Positions 47,609 to 57,622 of a stretch of DNA of 64,000 nucleotides are shown here, in pieces (position 1 is the stretch's first letter; each line of letters begins with the position of its first letter). Source of the stretch: Methanothrix sp. (GTDB taxonomy: Archaea > Halobacteriota > Methanosarcinia > Methanotrichales > Methanotrichaceae); NCBI GenBank assembly GCA_037128175.1, contig JBAXWY010000002.1, positions 1 through 64,000 on the forward strand, written 5' to 3'. The notes below the pieces were generated by a model, which was given only the letters and a program-made list of their open reading frames with translations, did no database searches and was not told the DNA's origin. Made by a program: the position numbers and the translations under genes.

Positions 47609-48589
47609 CTAGGGATTTGACTTTTTCTCAAAGGAACTGGGTTCTGGAAAATACGACTGCAAGAAAAGCCGAAAGCTCTTCAATATGGCACGGTCAATCA
47701 ACTCACCTGACAGGTCATCATTGACGCAGAAGAATTTTGATCTGTGAAAAAACAAGGAAAGAAAGGCCCGCCATACCTTCAATGGTCGCCCAACCATCAT
47801 TATAAAACTAAAACTATCGGACCCGTATGACAGAAGCTTTGCCTCATGGCCTTTGCTATGCTGATCCTCTGAAAATAAGAGATATGAAAAATAGAGGATT
47901 CTGAGCACCAGATCTTTTCCATCTCTGAACTGATGCCTCGATGTTTCCCAGTAGTGCAAAGCGAACCGCTTGTTTAGCTTTTCCAGGATGGCCTTGTCGT
48001 ATAGTTGAGGAGAATGGGCAGGCAGGTATGTAAGCCTCTGCCCCCCGGAAAACTCTGATGTAATTTTTTGCGTATAGCAATAGGCCTTGTCGTGCACGGG
48101 CAGCAGGGGTGTATACGAAGGCAAGCGAGTGGATTCGAGATAAACACGGATTCCTCCTGCCTGAGTAATAAAATCCGACCGGCTTATCGGACGTCCTAAG
48201 AAGCAGTCATCATTAAAATACAAAAAGCGATCCGATAAGTCGGGTATCTTGTGAAGCTGCAGCTCAATCGCATTGGAGTTGAAGGTGGGCAGATCCTCTG
48301 GGTTGGAAAACAACTCGTCGTGGGTTACGATGCGAACCCGGTTGTTTTCAGTATCAAGCCACCAAGGAACCTGTCCATTAGTGACAATATAGACCCGGCG
48401 AATCCAGGGAGCATACGCTTCCAGTGATCGCAGGGAGTATCTGAGCTCCTCATTATCCCGGAAGCGCTGCATGCCGGAGGCATCGGATGCGATGGCAAAG
48501 CCACGTTCCATCAAACATCGCCTGCGGCTTTCTGCGAAGGCCTCATCCGCTCCATTCACCCACGTATAGACAGCGTCTATGTTCTGCAT
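47609..48589 (-). CDS. Stealth-family hexose-1-phosphate transferase
   Basis: CR1 [12 protein letters not shown]2 ELRYSLRSL...PW..PTFNS.AIE...YFNDD, CR3 HSP, CR4 FFCVND. Confidence 0.92.
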   Translation of the reverse strand: MQNIDAVYTWVNGADEAFAESRRRCLMERGFAIASDASGMQRFRDNEELRYSLRSLEAYAPWIRRVYIVTNGQVPWWLDTENNRVRIVTHDELFSNPEDLPTFNSNAIELQLHKIPDLSDRFLYFNDDCFLGRPISRSDFITQAGGIRVYLESTRLPSYTPLLPVHDKAYCYTQKITSEFSGGQRLTYLPAHSPQLYDKAILEKLNKRFALHYWETSRHQFRDGKDLVLRILYFSYLLFSEDQHSKGHEAKLLSYGSDSFSFIMMVGRPLKVWRAFLSLFFHRSKFFCVNDDLSGELIDRAILKSFRLFLQSYFPEPSSFEKKSNP

Positions 48590-48647
48590 ATATGTTGAGA
48601 CACCTTTAAGCAATTACTGGCCGAGAAGGCCTAATTCTGAGCAGTGC

Positions 48648-49820
48648 TCATTCTCCTTCAGCCCCTCCATGAAAATACCTCAGGACATACAACTCATCGT
48701 GAATGCTGAGCTTAAAATGGTACTCCCCTGCAGCGGCATCATCAGGTATTCTGAAGATATAGGTGAACTCTTGGGGTAAACCGCAGGTGAATGGTTTCTT
48801 GTAGACATCTGTTTTGGGATGGCTATTAAATATCAGGAGGTCACCCTTACCAGCATTACCGATTATTTGAAGTGATGCCCAAACATTGACTGCACAACCG
48901 TTATTGACAGCAAAGACTTCAATCGTCAGGCACTCCCCGGGTGCAAAGAACGTGCGGTTGCCTTTGCCCAGAGAATCATATATCTCGATGTGATCTATTG
49001 AGATGCGAGGGAGAGGGAACGAAGGATCGATTATTCGCATAAAAAAAGACTCTGGATGATCTGAGTTCAGATCGACCGAATGATCTTGGGTAATCTTGAT
49101 GCGAGGCAGAGCCATGATATCAGAGGTCGCTAGATTGGCCATGCCAGAATCGTAGGATACCGCTGACATATACCCAGAATGGGAGACCAAAAATCGCAAA
49201 AAAGAGCTATCAACTCCATCGCCAAAAGGATAGGCAAAACAGGTCACCGCCGTGTTTAGCCTTTTTTCTATCTCCTTTTTTGCACCTGCTATTTCCCTGT
49301 AAGCCTTCCATGGATTTACGGTGTCAAGGCGAGGATGGGATAGAGTGTGGGCCTCGCAGGAGTGACCTTCGGCCTGCATGATCGCGGCCTCCTTCCACAG
49401 CATCATGGATGTGGGCCAGCCTCTATCGCCTACATCCCAGGAGTTATCATATCTATACTCAGTCCCGATATAATCCGGGCATATAAAACAGGTTGCTTTA
49501 AAGCCAAACTTGCTGAGTATTGGCCGGACAAGACTATACACGCATTCATAGCCATCATCGAATGTTAGGATGATAGGTCGTGGTGGAAGGGCCATGCTTC
49601 TCTTCTTGAAATTCACGATGTCGAGAAATGAGACAGTAGTATAGCCATAAGCATGCAACGCTGCCATCTGCCGACTGAAGACATGCAGAGTGACCCACGC
49701 TGAATCGCAAGGGTATGGCACATCGGCCACCTTATGATAGGCGAGTATCGGCAGGTTGCGTGTTTCTCTTAATGTCTGATCATCTTCCCAAAGCATGTGA
49801 TTTTTCCACCAAGGATGCAA
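48648..49820 (-). CDS. Polysaccharide deacetylase (CE4, IcaB/PgaB-like) with C-terminal Ig-like domain
   Basis: ILAYH, LTFDDGY, HT.SHP.L, FAYPFG, LPR. Confidence 0.88.
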   Translation of the reverse strand: MHPWWKNHMLWEDDQTLRETRNLPILAYHKVADVPYPCDSAWVTLHVFSRQMAALHAYGYTTVSFLDIVNFKKRSMALPPRPIILTFDDGYECVYSLVRPILSKFGFKATCFICPDYIGTEYRYDNSWDVGDRGWPTSMMLWKEAAIMQAEGHSCEAHTLSHPRLDTVNPWKAYREIAGAKKEIEKRLNTAVTCFAYPFGDGVDSSFLRFLVSHSGYMSAVSYDSGMANLATSDIMALPRIKITQDHSVDLNSDHPESFFMRIIDPSFPLPRISIDHIEIYDSLGKGNRTFFAPGECLTIEVFAVNNGCAVNVWASLQIIGNAGKGDLLIFNSHPKTDVYKKPFTCGLPQEFTYIFRIPDDAAAGEYHFKLSIHDELYVLRYFHGGAEGE

Positions 49821-49828
49821 TACTTATG

Positions 49829-51106
49829 TTAATTATACTTCATTATTGGCGCCAATATTCCCGGTCGCCGATTCATCCAATAAGGAGAATCACTCAACCC
49901 ACCCTGAACGGTTAAGAATATAGGAGGAGCGTTTCTGCCCGGTTCAAAGAGCCACTGACGGGAATGAAGTCTACCTATGCACTCGATCCGATAAGTTCCT
50001 TCATTTAAGAAATGCTTGGGGATCTTGCTCCTCAGTACATTAATGCCCATCGACAGCTTTATCCAGTTCTCCTCGGGTCCATCGGTTTGATAAGACCAGT
50101 AAAGAAGAGTTCCGTCTTCACAATAAATGGCATATCCGAGGGTCAGGGCGAGATCGAGCTGCTTTACTTCGCCCTCAATATACAAATATGTATCAGAACC
50201 GTTGCTTGCAGGCATAATTACATTATTGCCGTCCTCATCTCCCAGGTAGAAGTGCAGGGGCTTAAACCAGGGATTGTCAAGCTCATCACTGCGGTTCACC
50301 CATTCTGAAGTCTTGAAGCTATCTTCTGCTCCGAAGAGGTACTCCCTGACCATATCTCTTACCTCAAAACCATATTTCTTAATCGTCCCATTCTCAAGCA
50401 TCATGCAAGAGCCGCAGAGCTGCTCGATGGCGTTCATGTTATGGCTAACAAAAAGCACGGTACGCCCTTCACCAGATACATCCTTGATCTTTCCCAGACA
50501 CTTCTTTTGAAATCCTGCATCACCTACCGCTAGAATCTCATCCACAAGCAATATTTCAGGGTCAAGGTGGGCTGCAATCGCAAAGGCTAATCTTACATAC
50601 ATGCCGCTTGAGTAGTGCTTTACAGGGGTGTCCAGGAAGCTATCGATATCCGCGAACTTGACTATATCATCAAAATTGTTCTCTATATCCCTTTTTCGCA
50701 TACCCAGGATTGAGCCGTTCAGGTAGATGTTTTCCCGGCCAGTCAGCTCAAGATGAAAACCGGTGCCGACCTCAAGAAGAGAGCCGACGCGGCCGTGCAT
50801 CTTTATATATCCCTCAGTAGGGGATGTTATTCTGGAAAGGATCTTAAGAAGAGTGCTTTTTCCTGCCCCATTCCTGCCAATAATGCCCACAACCTCTCCT
50901 TCATTTATATCAAAGGAGACCTCCTTAAGCGCCCAAAAGAACTGTTTATTGCTCCTTCGGTCCAGCCCCTTAGCGAGACGCCTAAAAGGAGTCTTCATGG
51001 TATTGGCAATAGCTTCTCTCAGGGTCTCCTGGCGCGGCCGTTGGCCTATGATATAACGCTTTCCGATATGTTGAGCATGAATCGATATGTCACCCATATT
51101 CTTCAC
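49829..51106 (-). CDS. wzt: Polysaccharide ABC exporter ATPase with C-terminal carbohydrate-binding domain
   Basis: FWAL.EVSF, GRNGAGKST, YSSGM, LVDE..AVGD..FQ.KC, VSH; long C-terminal extension. Confidence 0.93.
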   Translation of the reverse strand: MKNMGDISIHAQHIGKRYIIGQRPRQETLREAIANTMKTPFRRLAKGLDRRSNKQFFWALKEVSFDINEGEVVGIIGRNGAGKSTLLKILSRITSPTEGYIKMHGRVGSLLEVGTGFHLELTGRENIYLNGSILGMRKRDIENNFDDIVKFADIDSFLDTPVKHYSSGMYVRLAFAIAAHLDPEILLVDEILAVGDAGFQKKCLGKIKDVSGEGRTVLFVSHNMNAIEQLCGSCMMLENGTIKKYGFEVRDMVREYLFGAEDSFKTSEWVNRSDELDNPWFKPLHFYLGDEDGNNVIMPASNGSDTYLYIEGEVKQLDLALTLGYAIYCEDGTLLYWSYQTDGPEENWIKLSMGINVLRSKIPKHFLNEGTYRIECIGRLHSRQWLFEPGRNAPPIFLTVQGGLSDSPYWMNRRPGILAPIMKYN

Positions 51107-51960
51107 ACCACATCAGCAAATATCTTCTCCATTCTCTTGAAATAGAAGGCCCCAGAGACGAGAATTATCAACACCATTAGGACGGAAATTAGCGTTAAAA
51201 TGCTGGGCGGCGCTGTCCCCAGCATGGCCCAGCGAAAGCCTTCTATCACCCCAGCCATTGGGTTCAGGCCAAAGAGCAGATTATATGGTTCAGGTAGAAG
51301 TGAGCTTGGATAGACAACAGGCGAGGCAAATAGCCAGAGCTGAATGAGGAATGGTACCGTATATTGGAAGTCCCTGTACTGGACGTTAAGAGCCGAGAAC
51401 CATAGGCCAACACCAAGAGAAGTCGCTATCCCAAGCACAAGAAAGACAGGAAGAAATAGGATATTGATGGTTGGGACGAAACCATAGTAGAGCATCATGA
51501 CAAGTAGAATAACAAAGGCGATTAGAAAATCGATCGTGGGAGATAGAACGCCGGAGATAGGTAGGATAAGACGGGGAAAGTATGCCTTGGTCATGATGTG
51601 AGAGTTAGCGATCATGCTTCTTGTCGAACGGACTATTCCCTCTGAAAAGAGCATCCAGGGGAGCAGAGCGACGTAACTGAATAGTGGATATGGCAGACCC
51701 TCTGATGGGATTTTGGCCAGTCTTCCGAAGGCCAGAGTGAAGACTACCATCATAAACAGGGGCTGCATCACGGCCCAGGCAGCACCAAGAGCAGTCTGTT
51801 TATATCTAACCTTGATATCGCGACTAACAAAGGTTAAGAGAAGCTCCCTGAAATCCCAAAGCTCTTTCAGGTCTATTGGTATCCAGCCATCTGCCGGACG
51901 AATAATTATAACTGGCACGCTATCAGAACGGGATGACTTGCCTTTCGCTTTAGAGTTCAT
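51103..51960 (-). CDS. wzm: Polysaccharide ABC exporter permease
   Basis: RDIKVRYKQT.LG..W...QP, YFPR, PVVYP, LNPM...IEGFR. Confidence 0.93.
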   Translation of the reverse strand: MNSKAKGKSSRSDSVPVIIIRPADGWIPIDLKELWDFRELLLTFVSRDIKVRYKQTALGAAWAVMQPLFMMVVFTLAFGRLAKIPSEGLPYPLFSYVALLPWMLFSEGIVRSTRSMIANSHIMTKAYFPRLILPISGVLSPTIDFLIAFVILLVMMLYYGFVPTINILFLPVFLVLGIATSLGVGLWFSALNVQYRDFQYTVPFLIQLWLFASPVVYPSSLLPEPYNLLFGLNPMAGVIEGFRWAMLGTAPPSILTLISVLMVLIILVSGAFYFKRMEKIFADVV

Positions 51961-52233
51961 ATTCGGTAAACCTTTTGAATTCGCATTAGCAATACGAGTA
52001 AGCAATAAGAGATATAATCATGGATCAATTTAGATACATCTTTTTATAGCCAGCATTGGGTTTTGTGCCATCCTTCCGGCATCCATTTTCATCGTGCTCT
52101 GATAAAGATCATAATACCGGTAGGCCAATTGACGGATATTATTTAAGCGTTCTCGTGTGTAGCCATGAATGAATTAGGGACCAAACAAAATATCCAATGG
52201 CAGAGATCCGTCTTCGGTCATTTAGGGTGCTTG

Positions 52234-53589
52234 TTATTTCGAAGGGATTGGACCGCAATAGTTGCTGGGTACACTGATAATCACGAAGTTTTTCATTAAT
52301 TGCTCGATTTCCCGCAAATCCTTTTCCAAAGCATTTGAATAATCCATTTCCAAAATTCTTCCTCTAATGGCTTTGGCCAGGTTTGAGCTTAGTATGCACT
52401 TTTCTGGAAGATATTTTTCTGTTAGCGGATATTCTCTCCGGAAATATTCGCTTGGAAATTTTCTTTTTAAAAGTATTGTATCTGAGTTATATTCAATACT
52501 GTAAATCGGATTAATGGTCAGGTTCCTTTTATTAATCAAAATATCACTCCATAAATTTCGATAGATCCTTAAGACCGATGGATCCCTGCTACCTACGATG
52601 GTCAGCGCCATGGAGGAGTTCAGATCAATTGCTGAATATTTCTTATCCAAATCGAGCTTATCCCTCAATATAAAGTCCTCTACAACTGATTTTTCTGATA
52701 GCACCTTGACAGGCAGCCGTTGAAATAAGCGAGCCCAGCCCAAAGGAGGTAATAGATGCCCGTAAGCAAAGTCGCGATACAGGGCGCTGTGTTCGTGAAG
52801 GAGGAGAAGAAGGCCTTGTGGCGAAATCACCCGCTCCATCTCTCTGGCCAGAGATGCCCGAGATTGGATATAGTGAAAGGCATCAAGCATGAGAAGGGAG
52901 CTAAAAATACCATCTCTAAATGGCAAGGGATAATTTGCATCAATACATAAAAATGTAGCATCTCTCACAATATAATTCTTGGCTAAAAACAGATTACGGA
53001 AACTATAATCGGCGCAAAATAGCTGCCTTGGTTTAATATATGTCGATAGAATATATGAGGAATGACCTGCCCCGCAAGACAGGTCCAGAATCCTTCCACA
53101 GGACGCCTCCAGCATCTGAATAAAAGGATATAATGACCACAGAGATTCAGCAGAGAAACGATCCTTTAGATAATTATCAAAATTCCCTTTGCCTAGAAAA
53201 TCGCAAAATGGCCGGACTATGCCCGTTGAATACTTTCTGTGGCAAATTTTCGCATCTAATTTTTCGAATTGCCAAACGAAAGTTTCGAATATTCTTCCAC
53301 CGAGGCCCATAAACCCAGCGATTTTTGAAATATTATGAGTAACATTATTAAAATTTGTTAATGCTAATCCGATCGCTTCCTTTGATCTTCTTTTCCGGAT
53401 AAGTTGTACTAGACGATCCTTTAGTGGGGAAGATGATAGTACTAATATACCATCCAGGATAGGATACTTACTGCATTCACAAGCTATTTGTCCCTCTATT
53501 AGCTCGTCCTTTTCTATATAAATTTCCTCTGGATAAAGATTGGAATCACAATAAGGACATTTCATCAGCTTAAGAATCTCCTGCTTCAT
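52234..53589 (-). CDS. Class I SAM-dependent methyltransferase with N-terminal Trm112-like Zn domain
   Basis: CPYC...CEC..YPI.DGI; ILDLSCGAG; DA..LPF.DG.F; AFHY. Confidence 0.85.
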   Translation of the reverse strand: MKQEILKLMKCPYCDSNLYPEEIYIEKDELIEGQIACECSKYPILDGILVLSSSPLKDRLVQLIRKRRSKEAIGLALTNFNNVTHNISKIAGFMGLGGRIFETFVWQFEKLDAKICHRKYSTGIVRPFCDFLGKGNFDNYLKDRFSAESLWSLYPFIQMLEASCGRILDLSCGAGHSSYILSTYIKPRQLFCADYSFRNLFLAKNYIVRDATFLCIDANYPLPFRDGIFSSLLMLDAFHYIQSRASLAREMERVISPQGLLLLLHEHSALYRDFAYGHLLPPLGWARLFQRLPVKVLSEKSVVEDFILRDKLDLDKKYSAIDLNSSMALTIVGSRDPSVLRIYRNLWSDILINKRNLTINPIYSIEYNSDTILLKRKFPSEYFRREYPLTEKYLPEKCILSSNLAKAIRGRILEMDYSNALEKDLREIEQLMKNFVIISVPSNYCGPIPSK

Positions 53590-53819
53590 GACGCCATCCC
53601 CTTAATTTTTTCAAATTAATTTTACAGATTATGGTTCTTTTATAGCCCTGAAGGCCTTATTATTTTTAAACATATGCCTCAATGCTCTCGTTATATACAT
53701 AATACACATATCTAATAGTCTATTTTCCCTACCCTCACCGAAAGACCTAATTACCTTCGTCGCGAAATAACATGCATCCGGCGCTGCAAATCGCGGCGCA
53801 AAATCGAGTGAGGGAGCGA

Positions 53820-54554
53820 TTGGTTGTGGCATTACAAAGCAGCAAAAATTCCCGATCCAAGTCGGGCGTACCTGGATATGATGAACTGGTCGATGGCGGT
53901 TTTCACAAAGGAACAGTCAACACCATCACCGGATCTTCCGGTACGGGCAAGACCGTCTTTGCCGGCCAGTTCATAAATTACGGCATCAAGATGGGTGAGA
54001 AGGGAATGATCATCACCCCTTCCGAGAGCGCAGAGTACCTGAAGCGAGAGATGATGTCCTCCTTCGGCTGGGACTTCTCCAACCTGGAAAAGGAGGGAAA
54101 ACTCGCCATTGTCGATGTCACCGACCCAGTTTTGCGCCTGCAAAAGAGCATCGATGTCGATCCGGTGGATTTTCTCATAAACTTTCGTAAGCTGGTAGAA
54201 AGAAAGCTGGAGGAGGCCAAGCCCGACCGGCTCTTCATCGACGACCTGACTGCTTTCTTCATGGCCGTAGAGAAGCCCTTTAAAATTCGGTCCCTGACCG
54301 ATGACCTCTTCGGCACCATTCGTGCCAGCGGCGTGACGTCGGTGGTCACCATTGGCACGGCTTTTGGAACCAACCAGTTCCTGGAGTACGGAGCGGACTC
54401 AGCCACCGTGCTCAACCGTGAGCGCATCGGCAACACTCTCATCAGGTCGATATATATCATGAAGATGCGCGGCTCGAAGATCGCCAATAGCATCAGGGTC
54501 CTGGACATATCAGATGAGGGAATCTCCGTGTCCTCGCTCTCGCCCTATCCCTAA
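53820..54554 (+). CDS. Single-domain KaiC-like (RAD55) ATPase
   Basis: SGVPG.DELVDGG, GSSGTGKT, LFIDD, AD, KMRGS; start 53820 or 53826 after GGAG. Confidence 0.88.
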   Translation: MVVALQSSKNSRSKSGVPGYDELVDGGFHKGTVNTITGSSGTGKTVFAGQFINYGIKMGEKGMIITPSESAEYLKREMMSSFGWDFSNLEKEGKLAIVDVTDPVLRLQKSIDVDPVDFLINFRKLVERKLEEAKPDRLFIDDLTAFFMAVEKPFKIRSLTDDLFGTIRASGVTSVVTIGTAFGTNQFLEYGADSATVLNRERIGNTLIRSIYIMKMRGSKIANSIRVLDISDEGISVSSLSPYP

Positions 54555-54582
54555 AGGACCATGAAAACAGAGGGAGCATAAA

Positions 54583-56367
54583 ATGATCGAAAGATGGATC
54601 GTCCTGGCTGCAGAGGAAGCAGGTCCCGTCTCAAATAAGATGGGCGGTATCTGGAATGTGGTGGATGCAGAGGCAGTGACGCTAGCGGGGCTGGTGGCAC
54701 GAGGTGATATTGAAAGCGGCCTGCACATCCTGGTAGCTGGTCCCAACTATCCTACTTCCGGCGGAGACTGGAACACAGGTAGAAACCGGGTCACAGATCT
54801 CACGGGATTCGAGAAGATGAAGAATGGGCCAGAGCTCGAGGGCGTTCTGGCGACACTGAATGCTTCCGGCATTGAGACCGTTACCGGGCAAAGAAATGTA
54901 GAAGGCGTTCCCATCAGCTATGTGCTCTTCAATACCAATTATTATCAGTCCCACATGGTGCGCTGGAATAATCAGGAGATGACCCAGAATAACGCCATCA
55001 AGACGGAGGCCTTTGATCTGGTGGGCCTGGATTCCATGAACTTCGAGAGAGCTCACTATGGCTCTGAGTACAACCACTACCTCAATCTTTCCTATGCCGT
55101 ATCCGAGCTGGTGCGAGGCCTGACGCGCGCCCCGGAAGAGATGGCGCAAAAGTATACCGACCGGGCAGTCTCGGATTTTGCCAAGTCGGTAATGCCCAAA
55201 GTGAGAGTTGCAATGCACTGCCATGAGTTTGGTGTCTTCTATGCGGCAGCCAGGCTGAAGAAGCTGGGCGTTCCTGTTAGATCGGTCTGCACATTGCACG
55301 CCACGGTTCCTGGTCGCACGGCGGGCTATAAATCTCTGCAAAAGGTAGCCCAAGGCGACTCAAACATGGAGCCAGGCACGCCTTCAGGCTTTGCCACATT
55401 GGAGGCTCTGGCCCGCTATGCCGATGCCGTTACATTCGTGGGTGATTCGACCATGAAAGAGGCCATGCTTTTTTACCGCATGAAAGGCATTGTCATCAGG
55501 AATGGAATTGATGTGGCGGCGCAGGAGATCGACTGGGATAAAAAAGAGCGCTGCCGGACCCGGATCCAGCAGTTTCTGACCGACAATCTCTACAAATACT
55601 GCGACGGCAAGTGCGTAAAATCCGAGAATATAATTCCGGTCTTCACCATCTCCCGCATAGAGATCGAGAATAAAGGATATCTTCAGCTCCTTGATGCCCT
55701 GGTGCTTCAGGATCACCTGCTCAAGCATAGATTAGCCAGTCAGCGTCATGCCGAGGAGACAAGGGTGGTATGCTTCCTGATAGCCGCGCACGGTCCTAAA
55801 GACAAGGAGAAGCTTCCGGAGGGATTTCCCATCAACCTCACGCCGGAGGTTCTGGTGGGCGACGAGATCCGCCTGGAGAATATGATCAAGGAGCATGGCC
55901 TGGATGAATCGGAACTGATATCAGGCAGACGAATGGTGGCGGCACTGCTCTATCCTCAGTGGGTGGGACCCGACGACGGCGGCCTGGGAATGAGCGCGGA
56001 TGAGATCATGGCCGGCTGTGTCGCCGGCATATTTCCGTCCCAATATGAGCCCTTCCTTCTCACCGCCCTGGAAGCGGGCCGGGAAGGCACCCCCAACATC
56101 GTCAGCCGGGCGGCAGGATACAGCGATGCTCTAAAGAAGATCAAACGCCGCGTGCCGGGCATGGGGGGCGTGGTGATAGTGGACAACATTGAGGCTCAGC
56201 CCCAGGAGACCGTCCTGGATTATGCCCTGGCCCTGGACTACTTCACCTGGACCTATCTGGATGATGAGGTCAAATACCGGCTGCTCTGCGAAGAGTCCTT
56301 CTCCTTGGCCAGACAGTTTAGCTGGAATGAGCCGGTACTGGAGTATTACAAGAATCTGGTAGCTTAG
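54583..56367 (+). CDS. Glycogen synthase, GT3-like
   Basis: NKMGGI, HCHEF, TLHAT..GR, SR.E.ENKG, G.FPS.YEP. Confidence 0.8.
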   Translation: MIERWIVLAAEEAGPVSNKMGGIWNVVDAEAVTLAGLVARGDIESGLHILVAGPNYPTSGGDWNTGRNRVTDLTGFEKMKNGPELEGVLATLNASGIETVTGQRNVEGVPISYVLFNTNYYQSHMVRWNNQEMTQNNAIKTEAFDLVGLDSMNFERAHYGSEYNHYLNLSYAVSELVRGLTRAPEEMAQKYTDRAVSDFAKSVMPKVRVAMHCHEFGVFYAAARLKKLGVPVRSVCTLHATVPGRTAGYKSLQKVAQGDSNMEPGTPSGFATLEALARYADAVTFVGDSTMKEAMLFYRMKGIVIRNGIDVAAQEIDWDKKERCRTRIQQFLTDNLYKYCDGKCVKSENIIPVFTISRIEIENKGYLQLLDALVLQDHLLKHRLASQRHAEETRVVCFLIAAHGPKDKEKLPEGFPINLTPEVLVGDEIRLENMIKEHGLDESELISGRRMVAALLYPQWVGPDDGGLGMSADEIMAGCVAGIFPSQYEPFLLTALEAGREGTPNIVSRAAGYSDALKKIKRRVPGMGGVVIVDNIEAQPQETVLDYALALDYFTWTYLDDEVKYRLLCEESFSLARQFSWNEPVLEYYKNLVA

Positions 56368-56385
56368 CCGGGATGTGAGAAAACA

Positions 56386-57594
56386 ATGAGAATTGCCTAC
56401 TTGAGTATCGAGTTTCCGCCCAGGATCTTCGGCGGCCTTGGTGTGTACGTGGATGAAATATCCAGAGAAATGGTCTCCCTGGGTGAGAGAATCTCGGTCT
56501 TTACATTGGGGGACAACAAACTGGAGAGGCACCAGGATATGAATGGTGTGGAGGTGTTCAGGGAGGTTACCGTCCCGATCAGGGATGGTCTGGAGATATT
56601 TCTATCCCCGGAGACCCTTTCCTGGGGGGAAGGCCTTTACTTCCTTTTGGACCTTTTCAGCCTAAACCAATTAGCTGCGGCGAGACTCATGGAGAATGGG
56701 CCATTCCATCTCTGTGTGGCCCACGACTGGCTCGGCCTCCTGGGAGCTATGGCCGTTAAGAGGGAAGGTATTCCCATGATTTTCCATGTGCATGGCCTGG
56801 AGGTCGGTCGAACGGACAATCCCAATCCCCAGCTCGTGGCTCTGGAAAAGAAAGGCGCGAAAGTAGCGGATCTGATCATTACCGTTTCAGAGGCCATGAA
56901 GCAGGAGCTGGTCAGCCTGGGAGTTGAGGCAAAGAAGGTTCGCGTATGCTACCACGGCGTGGACGGCGCGTTTTTCGATCCCGGTCGGGCTGATCCCAAA
57001 CGGCTAGCGGCCCTCCGAAAAAGATACGGTTATGCAGAGGATGATGTAGTCGTGCTCTTCATGGGCCGGCTGGAGAGTGTCAAAGGGATTGTACAGCTCT
57101 TTTCTGCCATTCCCATCGTCCAGGCAAAGCATCCCAAATTGAAGCTGTTGGTAGTGGGCAAGGGCAGCCTGGAGAGCTGGGCTCTTTCCGAGGCGAAACG
57201 ACTGGGCGGCATCACTCTGGTCACAGACTTTCTGGATGCCGAGGATAAGATGCACCACTATGCTCTGGCGGATTTGTGCGTATTTCCCAGCATCTATGAG
57301 CCCTTTGGCATAGTTGCTCTCGAGGCGGGGGCCATGGGCAAGGCGGCTGTGGTGGGCGCCGCCGGCACATCCGGTTTGGCAGAGATTGTGAAAAACCCGA
57401 GCGATGAGCGACCTACGGGCGTTCATGTCAATGCTCGCGATTCCCAAGATATCGCCTGGGGCATCAATCTCGCCCTGGAGGACCTGGATAGACTCAAATC
57501 CTGGGGAAAGAACGCCAGGATCCGGGTACTGGAAGAGTTCACCTGGCAGAAAGCCGCAAAGAGGACCCTTGAGATTTATAAGGAAGTGGCTTAA
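56386..57594 (+). CDS. GT4 alpha-glucosyltransferase (glycogen-synthase-like)
   Basis: EFPP...GGLG, HDW, GRL...KG, PS.YEPFGIVALE. Confidence 0.88.
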   Translation: MRIAYLSIEFPPRIFGGLGVYVDEISREMVSLGERISVFTLGDNKLERHQDMNGVEVFREVTVPIRDGLEIFLSPETLSWGEGLYFLLDLFSLNQLAAARLMENGPFHLCVAHDWLGLLGAMAVKREGIPMIFHVHGLEVGRTDNPNPQLVALEKKGAKVADLIITVSEAMKQELVSLGVEAKKVRVCYHGVDGAFFDPGRADPKRLAALRKRYGYAEDDVVVLFMGRLESVKGIVQLFSAIPIVQAKHPKLKLLVVGKGSLESWALSEAKRLGGITLVTDFLDAEDKMHHYALADLCVFPSIYEPFGIVALEAGAMGKAAVVGAAGTSGLAEIVKNPSDERPTGVHVNARDSQDIAWGINLALEDLDRLKSWGKNARIRVLEEFTWQKAAKRTLEIYKEVA

Positions 57595-57622
57595 CGAGAG
57601 AGGATAAGAGGGAACGCAGACG

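Noticed and set aside
41880-53800. tRNA-Arg integrative element with att repeats
   Set aside because: No duplicate of the tRNA 3' end found at the far border and no integrase
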